From NCBI GenBank assembly GCA_002189035.1, contig NEEC01000294.1, positions 1 through 49,472 on the forward strand: 49,472 nt of DNA. Reading direction: 5' to 3'. The notes beneath the pieces were generated by a model. It ran no database searches, was not told where the DNA came from, and saw only the letters and a list, made by a program, of their open reading frames with translations. A program made the translations under genes and the position numbers. Shown piece by piece: positions 25,055 through 39,046 of this stretch. Within the stretch, counting starts at the first letter, position 1, and every line of letters begins with the position of its first letter. Source of the stretch: Utricularia gibba. Lineage: Eukaryota; Plantae; Magnoliophyta.

Positions 25055-25994
25055 GACATCGTAATTTAAACAAATGCATCATTTTTTTTTATTCGATTTG
25101 CATCCAGTTGACCTCATGAGCCAGACAGAAATGGGGTCAAGGACCAAGTTCCCAGCGAGACTGGCCGCCACAAACGAGAAGCGGTTCCTTGATAAACCAT
25201 GCAGGCAGCCCCGAAAAACGAACGATAATAAATACATCACTTTATTTGCCGGACTACAACTAACTCTCGGTGCAAGCCAAACATTACCTTTGTCCCGTTC
25301 CAGGTGCACCCAAAGACCGCCTGCTCAAGTATAAAGTAAGTTGTTGAAAAAATCATGGGTGCACGTGACATCATAATTTAAACAAATGCATCATTTTTTT
25401 TATCGATTTGCATCCAGTTGACCTCATGAGCCATACATAATCGGGATCAAGGACCAAGTTCCCAGCGAGACTGGCCGCCACAAAACGAGAAGCGGTTCCT
25501 TGAAAAACCATGTAGGCAGCCCCCGAAAAACGAACGATAATAAATACATCACTTTATTTGCCGGACTACAACTAACTCTCGGTGCAAGCCAAACATTACC
25601 TTTGTCCCGTTCCAGGTGCACCCAAAGACCGCCTGCTCAAGTATAAAGTAAGTTGTTGAAAAAATCATGTGGGGTGCACGTGACATCATAATTTAAACAA
25701 ATGCATCATTTTTTTAATCGATTTGCATCCAGTTGACCTCATGAGCCATACAGAATCGGGGTCAAGGACCAAGTTCCCAGCGAGACTGGCCGCCAAAAAC
25801 GAGAAGCGGTTCCTTGAAAAACCATGTAGGCAGCCCCGAAAAGCGAACGATAATAAATACATCACTTTATTTGCCGGACTACAACTAACTCTCGATGCAA
25901 GCCATACCTTACCTTTGTCCCGTTCCAGGTGCACCCAAAGACCGCCTGCTCAAGTATAAAGTAAGTTGTTGAAAAAATCATGTGGGGTGCACGT

Positions 25995-26300
25995 GATATC
26001 GTAATTTAAACAAATGCATCATTGTATTCATTGATTTGTATCCTTTTGTCCTCATGAGCCATAAAGAATCGGGGCCCGGACCAAGTTCCTAGCGAGACTG
26101 GCCGCCACAAAACGAGAAGCTGTTCCTTGAAAAACCATGTAGGCACCGAAAACCGAACGATAATAATACATCACTTTCTTTGCCGGGCTACAACTTACTT
26201 TGGGCCAAGGCCTAAGCTGATCTTTTCCGTTCCAAGTGCCCCCCAAGACCGCCTCCTCAGTATAAAGTATGTTGTTAAAAAAATCATGTGGGGTGCACGT
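25995..26300 (+). repeat. Type-B monomer
   Basis: B diagnostics with a few A-type bases (CGATAATAA, CACGTG at end). Confidence 0.9.
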
Positions 26301-26929
26301 GACATCGTAATTTAAACAAATGCATCATTTTTTTTTATTCGATTTGCATCCAGTTGACCTCATGAGCCATACAGAATGGGGTCAAGGACCAAGTTCCCAG
26401 CGAGACTGGCCGCCAAAAACGAGAAGCGGTTCCTTGAAAAACCATGTAGGCAGCCCCCGAAAACCGAACGATAATAAATACATCACTTTATTTGCCGGAC
26501 TACAACTAACTCTCGGTGCAAGCCAAACTTACCTTTGTCCCGTTCCAGGTGCACCCAAAGACCGCCTGCTCAAGTATAAAGTAAGTTGTTGAAAAAATCA
26601 TGTGGGGTGCACGTGACATCATAATTTAAACAAATGCATCATTTTTTTAATCGATTTGCATCCAGTTGACCTCATGAGCCATACAGAATCGGGGTCAAGG
26701 ACCAAGTTCCCAGCGAGACTGGCCGCCACAAAACGAGAAGCGGTTCCTTGAAAAACCATGTAGGCAGCCCCCGAAAACCGAACGATAATAAATACATCAC
26801 TTTATTTGCCGGACTACAACTAACTCTCGGTGCAAGCCAAACCTTACCTTTGTCCCGTTCCAGGTGCACCCAAAGACCGCCTGCTCAAGTATAAAGTAAG
26901 TTGTTGAAAAAATCATGTGGGGTGCACGT

Positions 26930-27227
26930 GACATCGTAATTTAAACAAATGCATCATTTTTTTCATCGATTTGCATCCTTGACCTCATGAGCCATACAGA
27001 ATCGGGGCAAGGACCAAGTTCCAGCGAGACTGGCCGCCACAAAACGAGAAGCGGTTCCTTGAAAAACCATGTAGGCAACCCGAAAACCGAACGATAATAA
27101 ATACATCACTTTATTTGCCGGGCTACAACTTACTTTCAAGCCTAAATCTTTTTCCGTTCCAAGTGCCCCCCAAGACCGCCTCCTCAAGTATAAAGTAAGT
27201 TGTTAAAAAATCATGTGGGGTGCACGT
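26930..27227 (+). repeat. A/B hybrid monomer
   Basis: GACATCG, GCAACCC, GGGCTACAACTTACTTT, CCAAGTGCCCCCC, CCTCCTC mixed with A-type GCGGTT and CGATAATA. Confidence 0.8.
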
Positions 27228-28170
27228 GACATCGTAATTTAAACAAATGCATCATTTTTTTTATCGATTTGCATCCAGTTGACCTCATGAGCCATACAGA
27301 ATCGGGGTCAAGGACCAAGTTCCCAGCGAGACTGGCCGCCACAAAACGAGAAGCGGTTCCTTGAAAAACCATGTAGGCAGCCCCCGAAAAACCGAACGAT
27401 AATAAATACATCACTTTATTTGCCGGACTACAACTAACTCTCGGTGCAAGCCAAACTTACCTTTGTCCCGTTCCAGGTGCACCCAAAGACCGCCTGCTCA
27501 AGTATAAAGTAAGTTGTTGAAAAAATCATGTGGGGTGCACGTGACATCATAATTTAAACAAATGCATCATTTTTTTTAATCGATTTGCATCCAGTTGACC
27601 TCATGAGCCATACAGAATCGGGGTCAAGGACCAAGTTCCCAGCGAGACTGGCCGCCAAAAACGAGAAGCGGTTCCTTGAAAAACCATGTAGGCAGCCCCC
27701 GAAAACCGAACGATAATAAATACATCACTTTATTTGCCGGACTACAACTAACTCTCGGTGCAAGCCAAACTTACCTTTGTCCCGTTCCAGGTGCACCCAA
27801 AGACCGCCTGCTCAAGTATAAAGTAAGTTGTTGAAAAAAATGTGGGGTGCACGTGACATCATAATTTAAACAAATGCATCATTTTTTTTAATCGATTTGC
27901 ATCCAGTTGACCTCATGAGCCATACAGAATCGGGGTCAAGGACCAAGTTCCCAGCGAGACTGGCCGCCACAAAACGAGAAGCGGTTCCTTGAAAAACCAT
28001 GTAGGCAGCCCCCGAAAACCGAACGATAATAAATACATCTTTTTATTTGCCGGACTACAACTAACTCTCGGTGCAAGCCAAACCTTACCTTTGTCCCGTT
28101 CCAGGTGCACCCAAAGACCGCCTGCTCAAGTATAAAGTAAGTTGTTGAAAAAATCATGTGGGGTGCACGT

Positions 28171-28467
28171 GATATCGTAATTTAAACAATGCATCATTGT
28201 ATTCATTGATTTGTATCCTTTTGTCCTCATGAGCCATAAAGAATCGGGGCCGGACCAAGTTCCTAGCGAGACTGGCCGCCACAAAACGAGAAGCTGTTCC
28301 TTGAAAAACCATGTAGGCAACACCGAAAACCGAACGTTAATAAATACATCACTTTCTTTGCCGGGCTACAACTTACTTTGGGCAAGCCTAAATCTTTTTC
28401 CGTTCCAAGTGCCCCAAAGACCGCTCAGTATAAAGTAGTTGTTAAAAAAATCATGTGGGGTGCACTT
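28171..28467 (+). repeat. Type-B monomer
   Basis: GATATCG start, CATTGTATTC, CCTAG, GCTGTT, GCAACACC, CACTTG end. Confidence 0.92.
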
Positions 28468-29095
28468 GACATCGTAATTTAAACAAATGCATCATTTTTT
28501 TTATTCGATTTGCATCCAGTTGACCTCATGAGCACAGAAATGGGGTCAAGGACCAAGTTCCCAGCGAGACTGGCCGCCACAAAACGAGAAGCGGTTCCTT
28601 GAAAAACCATGTAGGCAGCCCCCGAAACCGAACGATAATAAATACATCACTTTATTTGCCGGACTACAACTAACTCTCGGTGCAAGCCAAACATTACCTT
28701 TGTCCCGTTCCAGGTGCACCCAAAGACCGCCTGCTCAAGTATAAAGTAAGTTGTTGAAAAAAATCATGTGGGGTGCACGTGACATCATAATTTAAAAAAT
28801 GCATCATTTTTTTTAATCGATTTGCATCCAGTTGACCTCATGAGCCATACAGAATCGGGGTCAAGGACCAAGTTCCCAGCGAGACTGGCCGCCACAAAAC
28901 GAGAAGCGGTTCCTTGAAAAACCATGTAGGCAGCCCCCGAAAACCGAACGATAATAAATACATCACTTTATTTGCCGGACTACAACTAACTCTCGGTGCA
29001 AGCCAAACCTTACCTTTGTCCCGTTCCAGGTGCACCCAAAGACCGCCTGCTCAAGTATAAAGTAAGTTGTTGAAAAAATCATGTGGGGTGCACGT

Positions 29096-29355
29096 GACAT
29101 CATAATTTAAACAAATGCATCATTTTTTTGATTTGCATCCAGTTGACCTCATGAGCCATAGAATCGGGGCGGACCAAGTTCCAGCGAGACTGGCCGCCAC
29201 AAAACGAGAAGCTGTTCTTGAAAAACCATGTAGGCAACCCGAAAACCGAACGTAAATACATCACTTTATTTGCCGGGCTACAACAAAGCCTAAGGTTCCA
29301 ACAAGACCGCCTGCTCAAGTATAAAGTAAGTTGAAAAATCATGTGGGGTGCACGT
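29096..29355 (+). repeat. Shortened (260 bp) A/B hybrid monomer
   Basis: GACAT landmarks at 29096 and 29356; several deletions; B-type GCTGTT, GGGCTAC, GCCTAAG. Confidence 0.8.
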
Positions 29356-29981
29356 GACATCATAATTTAAACAAATGCATCATTTTTTTTAATCGATTTG
29401 CATCCAGTTGACCTCATGAGCCATACAGAATCGGGTCAAGGACCAAGTTCCCAGCGAGACTGGCCGCCACAAAACGAGAAGCGGTTCCTTGAAAAACCAT
29501 GTAGGCAGCCCCCGAAAAACGAACGATAATAAATACATCACTTTATTTGCCGGACTACAACTAACTCTCGGTGCAAGCCAAACTTACCTTTGTCCCGTTC
29601 CAGGTGCACCCAAAGACCGCCTGCTCAAGTATAAAGTAAGTTGTTGAAAAAATCATGTGGGGTGCACGTGACATCATAATTTAAACAAATGCATCATTTT
29701 TTTTAATCGATTTGCATCCAGTTGACCTCATGAGCCATACAGAATCGGGGTCAAGGACCAAGTTCCCAGCGAGACTGGCCGCCACAAAACGAGAAGCGGT
29801 TCCTTGAAAAACCATGTAGGCAGCCCCCGAAAACCGAACGATAATAAATACATCACTTTATTTGCCGGACTACAACTAACTCTCGTGCAAGCCAAACCTT
29901 ACCTTTGTCCCGTTCCAGTGCACCCAAAAACCGCCTGCTCAAGTATAAAGTAAGTTGTTGAAAAAATCATGGGGTGCACGT

Positions 29982-30289
29982 GATATCGTAATTTAAACAA
30001 ATGCATCATTGTATTCATTGATTTGTATCCTTTTGTCCTCATGAGCCATAAGAATCGCGGGCCCGGACCAAGTTCCTAGCGAGACTGGCCGCCACAAAAC
30101 GAGAAGCTGTTCCTTGAAAAACCATGTAGGCACACCGAAAACCGAACGTTAATAAATACATCACTTTCTTTGCCGGGCTACAACTTACTTTGGGCCAAGC
30201 CTAAGCTGATCTTTTTTCCGTTCCAAGTGCCCCCCAAAACCGCCTCCTCATGTATAAAGGTTGTTAAAAAAATCATGTGGGGTGCACGT
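29982..30289 (+). repeat. Type-B monomer
   Basis: Full B diagnostics. Confidence 0.92.
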
Positions 30290-30916
30290 GACATCGTAAT
30301 TTAAACAAATGCATCATTTTTTTATTCGATTTGCATCCAGTTGACCTCATGAGCCATACAGAATGGGGTCAAGGACCAAGTTCCAGCGAGACTGGCCGCC
30401 ACAAAACGAGAAGCGGTTCCTTGAAAAACCATGTAGGCAGCCCCCGAAAACGAACGATAATAAATACATCACTTTTTTGCCGGACTACAACTAACTCTCG
30501 GTGCAAGCCAAACCTTACCTTTGTCCCGTTCCAGGTGCACCCAAAGACCGCCTGCTCAAGTATAAAGTAAGTTGTTGAAAAAATCATGTGGGGTGCACGT
30601 GACATCATAATTTAAACAAATGCATCATTTTTTTTAATCGATTTGCATCCAGTTGACCTCATGAGCCATACAGAATCGGGGTCAAGGACCAAGTTCCCAG
30701 CGAGACTGGCCGCCACAAAACGAGAAGCGGTTCCTTGAAAAACCATGTAGGCAGCCCCCGAAAACCGAACGATAATAAATACATCACTTTATTTGCCGGA
30801 CTACAACTAACTCTCGGTGCAAGCCAAACCTTACCTTTGTCCCGTTCCAGGTGCACCCAAAGACCGCCTGCTCAAGTATAAAGTAAGTTGTTGAAAAAAT
30901 CATGTGGGGTGCACGT

Positions 30917-31225
30917 GATATCGTAATTTAAACAAATGCATCATTGTATTCATTGATTTGTATCCTTTTGTCCTCATGAGCCATAAAGAATCGGGCCCGG
31001 ACCAAGTTCCTAGCGAAACTGGCCGCCACAAAACGAGAAGCTGTTCCTTGAAAAACCATGTAGGCAACACCGAAAACCGAACGTTAATAAATACATCACT
31101 TTCTTTGCCGGGCTACAACTTACTTTGGGCCAAGCCTAAGCTGATCTTTTTCCGGTTCCAAGTGCCCCCAAGACCGCCTCCTCATGTATAAAGTATGTTG
31201 TTAAAAAATCATGTGGGGTGCACTT
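30917..31225 (+). repeat. Type-B monomer
   Basis: Full B diagnostics. Confidence 0.92.
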
Positions 31226-33414
31226 GACATCGTAATTTAAACAAATGCATCATTTTTTTTATTCGATTTGCATCCAGTTGACCTCATGAGCCAGACAGAA
31301 ATGGGTCAAGGACCAAGTTCCCAGCGAGACTGGCCGCCACAAAACGAGAAGCGGTTCCTTGAAAAACCATGTAGGCAGCCCCCGAAAAACGAACGATAAT
31401 AAATACATCACTTTATTTGCCGGACTACAACTAACTCTCGGTGCAAGCCAAACATTACCTTTGTCCCGTTCCAGGTGCACCCAAAGACCGCCTGCTCAAG
31501 TATAAAGTAAGTTGTTGAAAAAATCATGTGGGGTGCACGTGACATCATAATTTAAACAAATGCATCATTTTTTTTAATCGATTTGCATCCAGTTGACCTC
31601 ATGAGCCATACAGAATCGGGGTCAAGGACCAAGTTCCCAGCGAGACTGGCCGCCAAACGAGAAGCGGTTCCTTGAAAAACCATGTAGGCAGCCCCCGAAA
31701 ACGAACGATAATAAATACATCACTTTATTTGCCGGACTACAACTAACTCTCGTGCAAGCCAACTTACCTTTGTCCCGTTCCAGGTGCACCCAAAGACCGC
31801 CTGCTCAAGTATAAAGTAAGTTGTTGAAAAAAATCATGTGGGGTGCACGTGACATCATAATTTAAACAAATGCATCATTTTTTTTTAATCGATTTGCATC
31901 CAGTTGACCTCATGAGCCATACAGAATCGGGGTCAAGGACCAAGTTCCCAGCGAGACTGGCCGCCACAAAACGAGAAGCGGTTCCTTGAAAACCATGTAG
32001 GCAGCCCCCGAAAACCGAACGATAATAAATACATCACTTTATTTGCCGGACTACAACTAACTCTCGGTGCAAGCCAACCTTACCTTTGTCCCGTTCCAGG
32101 TGCACCCAAAGACCGCCTGCTCAAGTATAAAGTAAGTTGTTGAAAAAATCATGTGGGGTGCACGTGACATCATAATTTAAACAAATGCATCATTTTTTTT
32201 AATCGATTTGCATCCAGTTGACCTCATGAGCCATACAGAATCGGGGTCAAGGACCAAGTTCCCAGCGAGACTGGCCGCCACAAAACGAGAAGCGGTTCCT
32301 TGAAAAACCATGTAGGCAGCCCCCGAAAAAACGAACGATAATAAATACATCACTTTATTTGCCGGACTACAACTAACTCTCGTGCAAGCCAAACTACCTT
32401 TGTCCCGTTCCGTGCCCCCCAAGACCGCCTGCTCAAGTATAAAGTAAGTTGTTAAAAAAATCATGTGGGGTGCACGTGACATCATAATTTAAACAAATGC
32501 ATCATTTTTTTTAATCGATTTGCATCCAGTTGACCTCATGAGCCATACAGAATCGGGGTCAAGGACCAAGTTCCCAGCGAGACTGGCCGCCACAAAACGA
32601 GAAGCGGTTCCTTGAAAAACCATGTAGGCAGCCCCCGAAAACGAACGATAATAAATACATCACTTTATTTGCCGGACTACAACTAACTCTCGGTGCAAGC
32701 CAAACTTACCTTTGTCCCGTTCCAGGTGCACCCAAAGACCGCCTGCTCAAGTATAAAGTAAGTTGTTGAAAAAATCATGTGGGGTGCACGTGACATCATA
32801 ATTTAAACAAATGCATCATTTTTTTTTAATCGATTTGCATCCAGTTGACCTCATGAGCCATACAGAATCGGGTCAAGGACCAAGTTCCCAGCGAGACTGG
32901 CCGCCACAAAACGAGAAGCGGTTCCTTGAAAAACCATGTAGGCAGCCCCCGAAAACCGAACGATAATAAATACATCTTTATTTGCCGGACTACAACTAAC
33001 TCTCGGTGCAAGCCAACCTTACCTTTGTCCCGTTCCAGGTGCACCCAAAGACCGCCTGCTCAAGTATAAAGTAAGTTGTTGAAAAAATCATGTGGGGTGC
33101 ACGTGACATCATAATTTAAACAAATGCATCATTTTTTTAATCGATTTGCATCCAGTTGACCTCATGAGCCATACAGAATCGGGTCAAGGACCAAGTTCCC
33201 AGACTGGCCGCCACAAAACGAGAAGCGGTTCCTTGAAAAACCATGTAGGCAGCCCCCGAAAACCGAACGATAATAAATACATCACTTTATTTGCCGGACT
33301 ACAACTAACTCTCGGTGCAAGCCAAACCTTACCTTTGTCCCGTTCCAGGTGCACCCAAAGACCGCCTGCTCAAGTATAAAGTAAGTTGTTGAAAAAATCA
33401 TGTGGGGTGCACGT

Positions 33415-33727
33415 GATATCGTAATTTAAACAAATGCATCATTGTATTCATTGATTTGTATCCTTTTGTCCTCATGAGCCATAAAGAATCGCGGGCCCGG
33501 ACCAAGTTCCTAGCGAAACTGGCCGCCACAAAACGAGAAGCTGTTCCTTGAAAAACCATGTAGGCAACACCGAAAACCGAACGTTAATAAATACATCACT
33601 TTCTTTGCCGGGCTACAACTTACTTTGGGCCAAGGCCTAAGCTGATCTTTTTCCGGTTCCAAGTGCCCCCAAGACCGCCTCCTCATGTATAAAGTATGTT
33701 GTTTAAAAAATCATGTGGGGTGCACTT
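33415..33727 (+). repeat. Type-B monomer
   Basis: Full B diagnostics. Confidence 0.92.
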
Positions 33728-34981
33728 GACATCGTAATTTAAACAAATGCATCATTTTTTTTATTCGATTTGCATCCAGTTGACCTCATGAGCCATACAA
33801 ATGGGGTCAAGGACCAAGTTCCCAGCGAGACTGGCCGCCACAAAACGAGAAGCGGTTCCTTGAAAAACCATGTAGGCAGCCCCCGAAAACCGAACGATAA
33901 TAAATACATCACTTTATTTGCCGGACTACAACTAACTCTCGGTGCAAGCCAAACATTACCTTTGTCCCGTTCCAGGTGCACCCAAAGACCGCCTGCTCAA
34001 GTATAAAGTAAGTTGTTGAAAAAATCATGTGGGGTGCACGTGACATCATAATTTAAACAAATGCATCATTTTTTTATCGATTTGCATCCAGTTGACCTCA
34101 TGAGCCATACAATCGGGTCAAGGACCAAGTTCCAGCGAGACTGGCCGCCACAAAACGAGAAGCGGTTCCTTGAAAAACCATGTAGGCAGCCCCCGAAAAC
34201 CGAACGATAATAAATACATCACTTTATTTGCCAGACTACAACTAACTCTCGGTGCAAGCCAAACATTACCTTTGTCCGTTCCAGGTGCACCCAAAGACCG
34301 CCTGCTCAAGTATAAAGTAAGTTGTTGAAAAAAATCATGTGGGGTGCACGTGACATCATAATTTAAACAAATGCATCATTTTTTTTAATCGATTTGCATC
34401 CAGTTGACCTCATGAGCCATACAGAATCGGGGTCAAGGACCAAGTTCCCAGCGAGACTGGCCGCCACAAAACGAGAAGCGGTTCCTTGAAAAACCATGTA
34501 GGCAGCCCCCGAAAAAAGCGAACGATAATAAATACATCACTTTATTTGCCGGACTACAACTAACTCTGGATGCAAGCCAACCTTACCTTTGTCCCGTTCC
34601 AGGTGCACCCAAAGACCGCCTGCTCAAGTATAAAGTAAGTTTGTTGAAAAAATCATGTGGGGTGCACGTGACATCATAATTTAAACAAATGCATCATTTT
34701 TTTTAATCGATTTGCATCCAGTTGACCTCATGAGCCATACAGAATCGGGGTCAAGGACCAAGTTCCCAGCGAGACTGGCCGCCACAAAACGAGAAGCGGT
34801 TCCTTGAAAAACCATGTAGGCAGCCCCCGAAAACCGAACGATAATAAATACATTTTTATTTGCCGGACTACAACTAACTCTCGTGCAAGCCAACCTTACC
34901 TTTGTCCCGTTCCAAGTGCACCCAAAAACCGCCTGCTCAAGTATAAAGTAAGTTGTTGAAAAAATCATGTGGGGTGCACGT

Positions 34982-35291
34982 GATATCGTAATTTAAACAA
35001 ATGCATCATTGTATTCATTGATTTGTATCCTTTTGTCCTCATGAGCCATAAAGAATCGCGGGCCCGGACCAAGTTCCTAGCGAGACTGGCCGCCACAAAA
35101 CGAGAAGCTGTTCCTTGAAAAACCATGTAGGCAACACCGAAAACCGAACGTTAATAAATACATCACTTTCTTTGCCGGGCTACAACTACTTTGGCCAAGC
35201 CTAAGCTGATCTTTTTCCGTTCCAAGTGCCCCCAAAACCGCCTCCTCATGTATAAAGTAATGTTGTTAAAAAAATCATGTGGGGTGCACTT
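34982..35291 (+). repeat. Type-B monomer
   Basis: Full B diagnostics. Confidence 0.92.
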
Positions 35292-36231
35292 GACATCGTA
35301 ATTTAAACAAATGCATCATTTTTTTATTCGATTTGCATCCAGTTGACCTCATGAGCCAACAAATCGGGTCAAGGACCAAGTTCCCAGCGAGACTGGCCGC
35401 CACAAAACGAGAAGCGGTTCCTTGAAAAAACCATGTAGGCAGCCCCCGAAAAACGAACGATAATAAATACATCACTTTATTTGCCGGACTACAACTAACT
35501 CTCGGTGCAAGCCAAACATTACCTTTGTCCCGTTCCAGGTGCACCCAAAGACCGCCTGCTCAAGTATAAAGTAAGTTGTTGAAAAAATCATGTGGGGTGC
35601 ACGTGACATCATAATTTAAAAAATGCATCATTTTTTTAATCGATTTGCATCCAGTTGACCTCATGAGCCATACAGAATCGGGTCAAGGACCAAGTTCCCA
35701 GCGAGACTGGCCGCCACAAAACGAGAAGCGGTTCCTTGAAAAACCATGTAGGCAGCCCCGAAAACCGAACGATAATAAATACATCACTTTATTTGCCGGA
35801 CTACAACTAACTCTCGGTGCAAGCCAAACTTTACCTTTGTCCGTTCCAGGTGCACCCAAAGACCGCCTGCTCAAGTATAAAGTAAGTTGTTGAAAAAAAT
35901 CATGTGGGGTGCACGTGACATCATAATTTAAACAAATGCATCATTTTTTTTAATCGATTTGCATCCAGTTGACCTCATGAGCCATACAGAATCGGGGTCA
36001 AGGACCAAATCCCAGCGAGACTGGCCGCCACAAAACGAGAAGCGGTTCCTTGAAAAACCATGTAGGCAGCCCCCGAAAACGAACGATAATAAATACATCT
36101 TTTTTATTTGCCGGACTACAACTAACTCTCGATGCAAGCCATACCTTACCTTTGTCCCGTTCCAAGTGCACCCAAAAACCGCCTGCTCAAGTATAAAGTA
36201 AGTTGTTGAAAAAATCATGTGGGGTGCACGT

Positions 36232-36540
36232 GATATCGTAATTTAAACAAATGCATCATTGTTTCATTGATTTGTATCCTTTTGTCCTCATGAGCCATAA
36301 AGAATCGCGGGCCGGACCAAGTTCCTAGCGAGACTGGCCGCCACAAAACGAGAAGCTGTTCCTTGAAAAACCATGTAGGCAACACCGAAAACCGAACGTT
36401 AATAAATACATCACTTTCTTTGCCGGGCTACAACTTACTTTGGGCCAAGGCCTAAGCTGATCTTTTTCCGGTTCCAAGTGCCCCAAAACCGCCTCCTCAT
36501 GTATAAAGTATGTTGTTAAAAAATCATGTGGGGTGCACTT
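36232..36540 (+). repeat. Type-B monomer
   Basis: Full B diagnostics. Confidence 0.92.
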
Positions 36541-37803
36541 GACATCGTAATTTAAACAAATGCATCATTTTTTTTATTCGATTTGCATCCAGTTGACCTC
36601 ATGAGCCATACAGAATCGGGGTCAAGGACCAAGTTCCCAGCGAGACTGGCCGCCACAAAACGAGAAGCGGTTCCTTGAAAAACCATGTAGGCAGCCCCCG
36701 AAAACCGAACGATAATAAATACATCACTTTATTTGCCGGACTACAACTAACTCTCGGTGCAAGCCAAACATTACCTTTGTCCCGTTCCAGGTGCACCCAA
36801 AGACCGCCTGCTCAAGTATAAAGTAAGTTGTTGAAAAAATCATGTGGGGTGCACGTGACATCATAATTTAAAACAAATGCATCATTTTTTTTAATCGATT
36901 TGCATCCAGTTGACCTCATGAGCCATACAGAATCGGGGTCAAGGACCAAGTTCCCAGCGAGACTGGCCGCCACAAAACGAGAAGCGGTTCCTTGAAAAAA
37001 CCATGTAGGCAGCCCCCGAAAACCGAACGATAATAAATACATCACTTTATTTGCCGGACTACAACTAACTCTCGGTGCAAGCCAAACCTTACCTTTGTCC
37101 CGTTCCAGGTGCACCCAAAGACCGCCTGCTCAAGTATAAAGTAAGTTGTTGAAAAAATCATGTGGGGTGCACGTGACATCATAATTTAAACAAATGCATC
37201 ATTTTTTTTAATCGATTTGCATCCAGTTGACCTCATGAGCCATACAGAATCGGGGTCAAGGACCAAGTTCCCAGCGAGACTGGCCGCCACAAAACGAGAA
37301 GCGGTTCCTTGAAAAACCATGTAGGCAGCCCCCGAAAACGAACGATAATAAATACATCACTTTATTTGCCGGACTACAACTAACTCTCGATGCAAGCCAA
37401 CCTTACCTTTGTCCCGTTCCAGGTGCACCCAAAGACCGCCTGCTCAAGTATAAAGTAAGTTGTTGAAAAAATCATGTGGGGTGCACGTGACATCATAATT
37501 TAAACAAATGCATCATTTTTTTTAATCGATTTGCATCCAGTTGACCTCATGAGCCATACAGAATCGGGGTCAAGGACCAAGTTCCCAGCGAGACTGGCCG
37601 CCACAAAACGAGAAGCGGTTCCTTGAAAAACCATGTAGGCAGCCCCCGAAAACCGAACGATAATAAATACATCACTTTATTTGCCGGACTACAACTAACT
37701 CTCGGTGCAAGCCAAACCTTACCTTTGTCCCGTTCCAGTGCACCCAAAAACCGCCTGCTCAAGTATAAAGTAAGTTGTTGAAAAAATCATGTGGGGTGCA
37801 CGT

Positions 37804-38118
37804 GATATCGTAATTTAAACAAATGCATCATTGTATTCATTGATTTGTATCCTTTTGTCCTCATGAGCCATAAAGAATCGCGGGCCCGGACCAAGTTCCT
37901 AGCGAGACTGGCCGCCACAAAACGAGAAGCTGTTCCTTGAAAAACCATGTAGGCAACACCGAAAACCGAACGTTAATAAATACATCACTTTCTTTGCCGG
38001 GCTACAACTTACTTTGGCCAAGGCCTAAGCTGATCTTTTTTCCGGTTCCAAGTGCCCCCCAAAGACCGCCTCCTCATGTATAAAGTATGTTGTTAAAAAA
38101 ATCATGTGGGGTGCACTT
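37804..38118 (+). repeat. Type-B monomer
   Basis: Full B diagnostics; near full length (315 bp). Confidence 0.92.
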
Positions 38119-38744
38119 GACATCGTAATTTAAACAAATGCATCATTTTTTTTATTCGATTTGCATCCAGTTGACCTCATGAGCCATACAGAATCGGGGT
38201 CAAGGACCAAGTTCCCAGCGAGACTGGCCGCCACAAAACGAGAAGCGGTTCCTTGAAAAACCATGTAGGCAGCCCCGAAAACCGAACGATAATAAATACA
38301 TCACTTTATTTGCCGGACTACAACTAACTCTCGGTGCAAGCCAACATTACCTTTGTCCCGTTCCAGGTGCACCCAAAGACCGCCTGCTCAAGTATAAAGT
38401 AAGTTGTTGAAAAAATCATGTGGGGTGCACGTGACATCATAATTTAAACAAATGCATCATTTTTTTTAATCGATTTGCATCCAGTTGACCTCATGAGCCA
38501 TACAGAATCGGGGTCAAGGACCAAGTTCCCAGCGAGACTGGCCGCCACAAAACGAGAAGCGGTTCCTTGAAAAACCATGTAGGCAGCCCCCGAAAACCGA
38601 ACGATAATAAATACATCACTTTATTTGCCGGACTACAACTAACTCTCGTGCAAGCCAACTTACCTTTGTCCCGTTCCAGTGCACCCAAAGACCGCCTGCT
38701 CAAGTATAAAGTAAGTTGTTGAAAAAATCATGTGGGGTGCACGT

Positions 38745-39046
38745 GATATCGTAATTTAAACAAATGCATCATTGTGATTTGCATCCTTTTGTCCTCATGA
38801 GCCATAAAGAATCGGGGCAAGGACCAAGTTCCTAGCGAGACTGGCCGCCACAAAACGAGAAGCTGTTCCTTGAAAAACCATGTAGGCAACCCGAAAACCG
38901 AACGTTAATAAATACATCACTTTCTTTGCCGGGCTACAACTACTTTGGGCCAAGGCCTAAGCTGATCTTTTCCGGTTCCAAGTGCCCCCCAAACCGCCTC
39001 TCATGTATAAAGTATGTTGTTAAAAAAAATCATGTGGGGTGCACTT
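38745..39046 (+). repeat. Type-B monomer (partly hybrid)
   Basis: B diagnostics with A-type ATTTGCAT and GGGGCAAGG. Confidence 0.88.
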
